Source: Gonapodya sp. JEL0774 (lineage: Eukaryota). From it: a DNA stretch of 64,000 nt. Under the pieces are notes generated by a model, which worked only from the letters and a program-made list of their open reading frames with translations, was not told where the DNA came from and did no database searches. The DNA is taken from assembly GCA_027604505.1 (NCBI GenBank), contig JADIIX010000004.1:1-64000 (forward strand), read 5' to 3'. Positions 61,801-64,000 of the stretch are shown one piece after another. Each line of letters starts with the position of its first letter. Positions within the stretch are counted from its first letter, which is position 1. Position numbers and translations under genes: made by a program.

Positions 61801-64000
61801 TACGGGCGCCGCAGTGCTTCGGAAGTCTTTCACAGTGAAAGTCATAAGGCTATCGGATATGCGGTATTACCTCAATCCCAAAGTGATCTCACCTGATCTT
61901 CCACTCCCAACCCATGTTCTCCCCTTTGAAATAACGCAAACTTTCACCAAATCACAGCTAGATCTCTTGGGATGGTGTGAGCTACCATTGGTCGATTGGG
62001 TTCAGTTTGTAGTGAATGAAGTACTGGATTTGGAGGTCAACCCACATTTTGCAGAGAAAGTACTTGGAACGGTTGGGAGAGCTTTTATGTCAGGGAACAT
62101 GAGCGTTGACTCAAAGACAATAGTCGTTAGTATACTTGAAAACAAGACACTAATACCCACTCGCAAAGGAATGCGGTGAGTGGTTGGAGTGATTACAGAG
62201 ATTCAGCTACTATACGTTGACTGCCCTTTTCCCAACATGAAAGGCTTCCTCGTCATGCATACTTTAAGAACGTTACACTTTTTGACGATCTTCCGGTGGT
62301 TCACCTTTCCCAACCTAAAGCCGTGAACGAAATATTCCTCAAAGAGCTTGGAGTTCGCGATCACGTCGACTTGCAAATCGTATTGGACCGACTACAAGTT
62401 TTGGACTGGGACCACGTGGAGCTTGTACATTGAAATCTTTTTCCTCGCCTTGTTCGATCCACTTCGCATCACCATTTGCATCATCTTCTCTCTAGGTGAA
62501 GTACCTTGCCAGCGTGCAATCGAAACTGACAGAGCCGGAGTTGCGAAAGCTGCAAACCACCCCAATGTTCCCCAAAGACGGAGAATCTGCAGATGCAGCT
62601 GTCCGATATAGAGCCGATCAGCTCTACTTTCCAGAAGATTCCTTGAGAAACATCAATATGCCACTCCTTGCGTGGCCTAAAGGACGGCTGCGACCCAACA
62701 CAGATGAAGGCAAAATTATGACATTGCTCGGTCTTCAGAAGACAGTACCATTGGAAGTGTTGCTAGGGACCATTGCAGCCACAACAGATACTGGAACTCA
62801 AGCTAAACTTCTGAATTACTTTATTGACAACCACCGCACCGTTTACGCTAACGTTTATCATCCGTCCAAAGTGCCCCATAAGTTTCTCCCAGTGCAGAAT
62901 TCTGGTGTCCTCGCCAATCCGTTGGAAGTCTTCGCAGATCCCCAATGCGCAGTCATGGGATATTTGGTCCTCAAAGAAAATCTCAGACCGGTCGCAGATC
63001 AATTCGGTGTCCGCCAGCGGCCGGATGTGAATGCGTGTGTCGAACGATTGAGGACCAAGCCACCTCAAGATGCCAAGGAGGCGGAGGCAGTTTTCAGTTG
63101 GCTCGCAAATCGTGTTGGCGAGTTTTCTAAGAGAGATTGGGCAGTCCTGGCGAAGGCCAAGATCGTACCAGTACGTCGCAAAGTTGCGAATGGAAAGGAA
63201 TTATACTCGCTCCAAGAACCAGAGAATGTTTACTTTGCTGGAGGAGGAGATTCGTAAGTTGCATTGGTGAGCATTCTCTCCTTAATAATCCCTGATACAG
63301 GTGCGTTCACGTGCCTCCTAAGCGTTTTCCTTGAAGATCTCGATATCATCGATTTTGGACCATCGGCGAATGTGTTTCTCCGTGCATGCGGTGTTCTTAG
63401 TGAGCCATCGCCTCTTGATATCGCCCGTAAGGTACTTCAAAATCCTCCAGAGTATCTTCAACGCGTCAAGATCGAAAAGTACATTGGATTAATCCGAAAA
63501 ATAGCGACATTGACGTTAAGCAGCACGAATCTATTAAGTGACATGACTCGAGTGCCTTGGCTCATTGGTTTTGTTAGTGAAGGAGTTGGGGACGACCAAA
63601 AGGTTGTCTTCAAACTGGGGAAGGCGGGAGACATTTATCTGGTGGACGACTCTGTGCTTAAGCAGCTGTTCAATCCCTTGACGTGGGTGTGGTACTCACT
63701 TGTGTTCTGCGATGTGAGCATACACTTGCGCTTCGCAATTATCATTCTGAAAGGTGTCCAATGGAAACTCTCATGGAGGAATTTTACGAGCGACTTGGCT
63801 CCAAGTGGCTTTCTCGCTGTGTTACTGAACAGCTAGTTCCCGTGGGGAGTCTGGCAAAAACTACTCGCACAAAACAGTTGCAGGAACTTATCCACTCTCG
63901 AGCTCCTTTACTAATGTATGACGCATCTGGACGCCATTCTCGGGACATCTTACCGGAAGCACAGCAGACTCTTCAAAACCTCGTGGTCAGCGAGGTGCGC
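58884..64000 (+). CDS. Large sacsin-like GHKL ATPase / DUF3684 protein (truncated at the window's right edge)
   Basis: EVNQRALVDKILAR|YSGEYTVFRELLQNSNDA, NNG..F, LRKIAEGNPDEQK|IGFFGVGFYSLFS, HLIPTVERESID. Confidence 0.88.

Noticed and set aside
1..64000. CRISPR arrays, rRNA, intact transposons or viral hallmark genes
   Set aside because: No regularly spaced repeats, rRNA signatures, or transposase/RT/integrase/capsid motifs were seen by eye.

Overview
Gene-dense, intron-rich eukaryotic DNA with short GT-AG introns and fungal-type branch points. It is most likely an early-diverging fungus (chytrid or monoblepharid, Gonapodya-like); this is inferred from gene content such as ALC1 and an unusual ankyrin family, not proven. 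About 24 protein-coding genes can be reconstructed by eye. Recognisable ones are two sugar porters, a divergent SET-domain protein, a cyclin, an intronless AAG/MPG-like DNA glycosylase, two paralogous atypical ankyrin proteins (one with SH3), DUF829, an HSL-family lipase, EAF1, prefoldin 5 (absent from the ORF track), 14-3-3, PP2C, septin CDC12, casein kinase I, ALC1/CHD1L with macro and BRCT-like domains, a Nudix hydrolase and a truncated sacsin-like DUF3684 ATPase. I saw no RNA genes, CRISPR arrays or intact transposons. The most notable signals are the intronless glycosylase with an SV40-like NLS (horizontal-transfer candidate), an 89-bp inverted copy of an exon segment upstream of its own gene, a sugar porter with a ~270-aa disordered N-terminus, and unusual splicing (micro-exons, a GC-AG intron, many AAG acceptors). 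Exon boundaries are manual predictions and no database searches were run.
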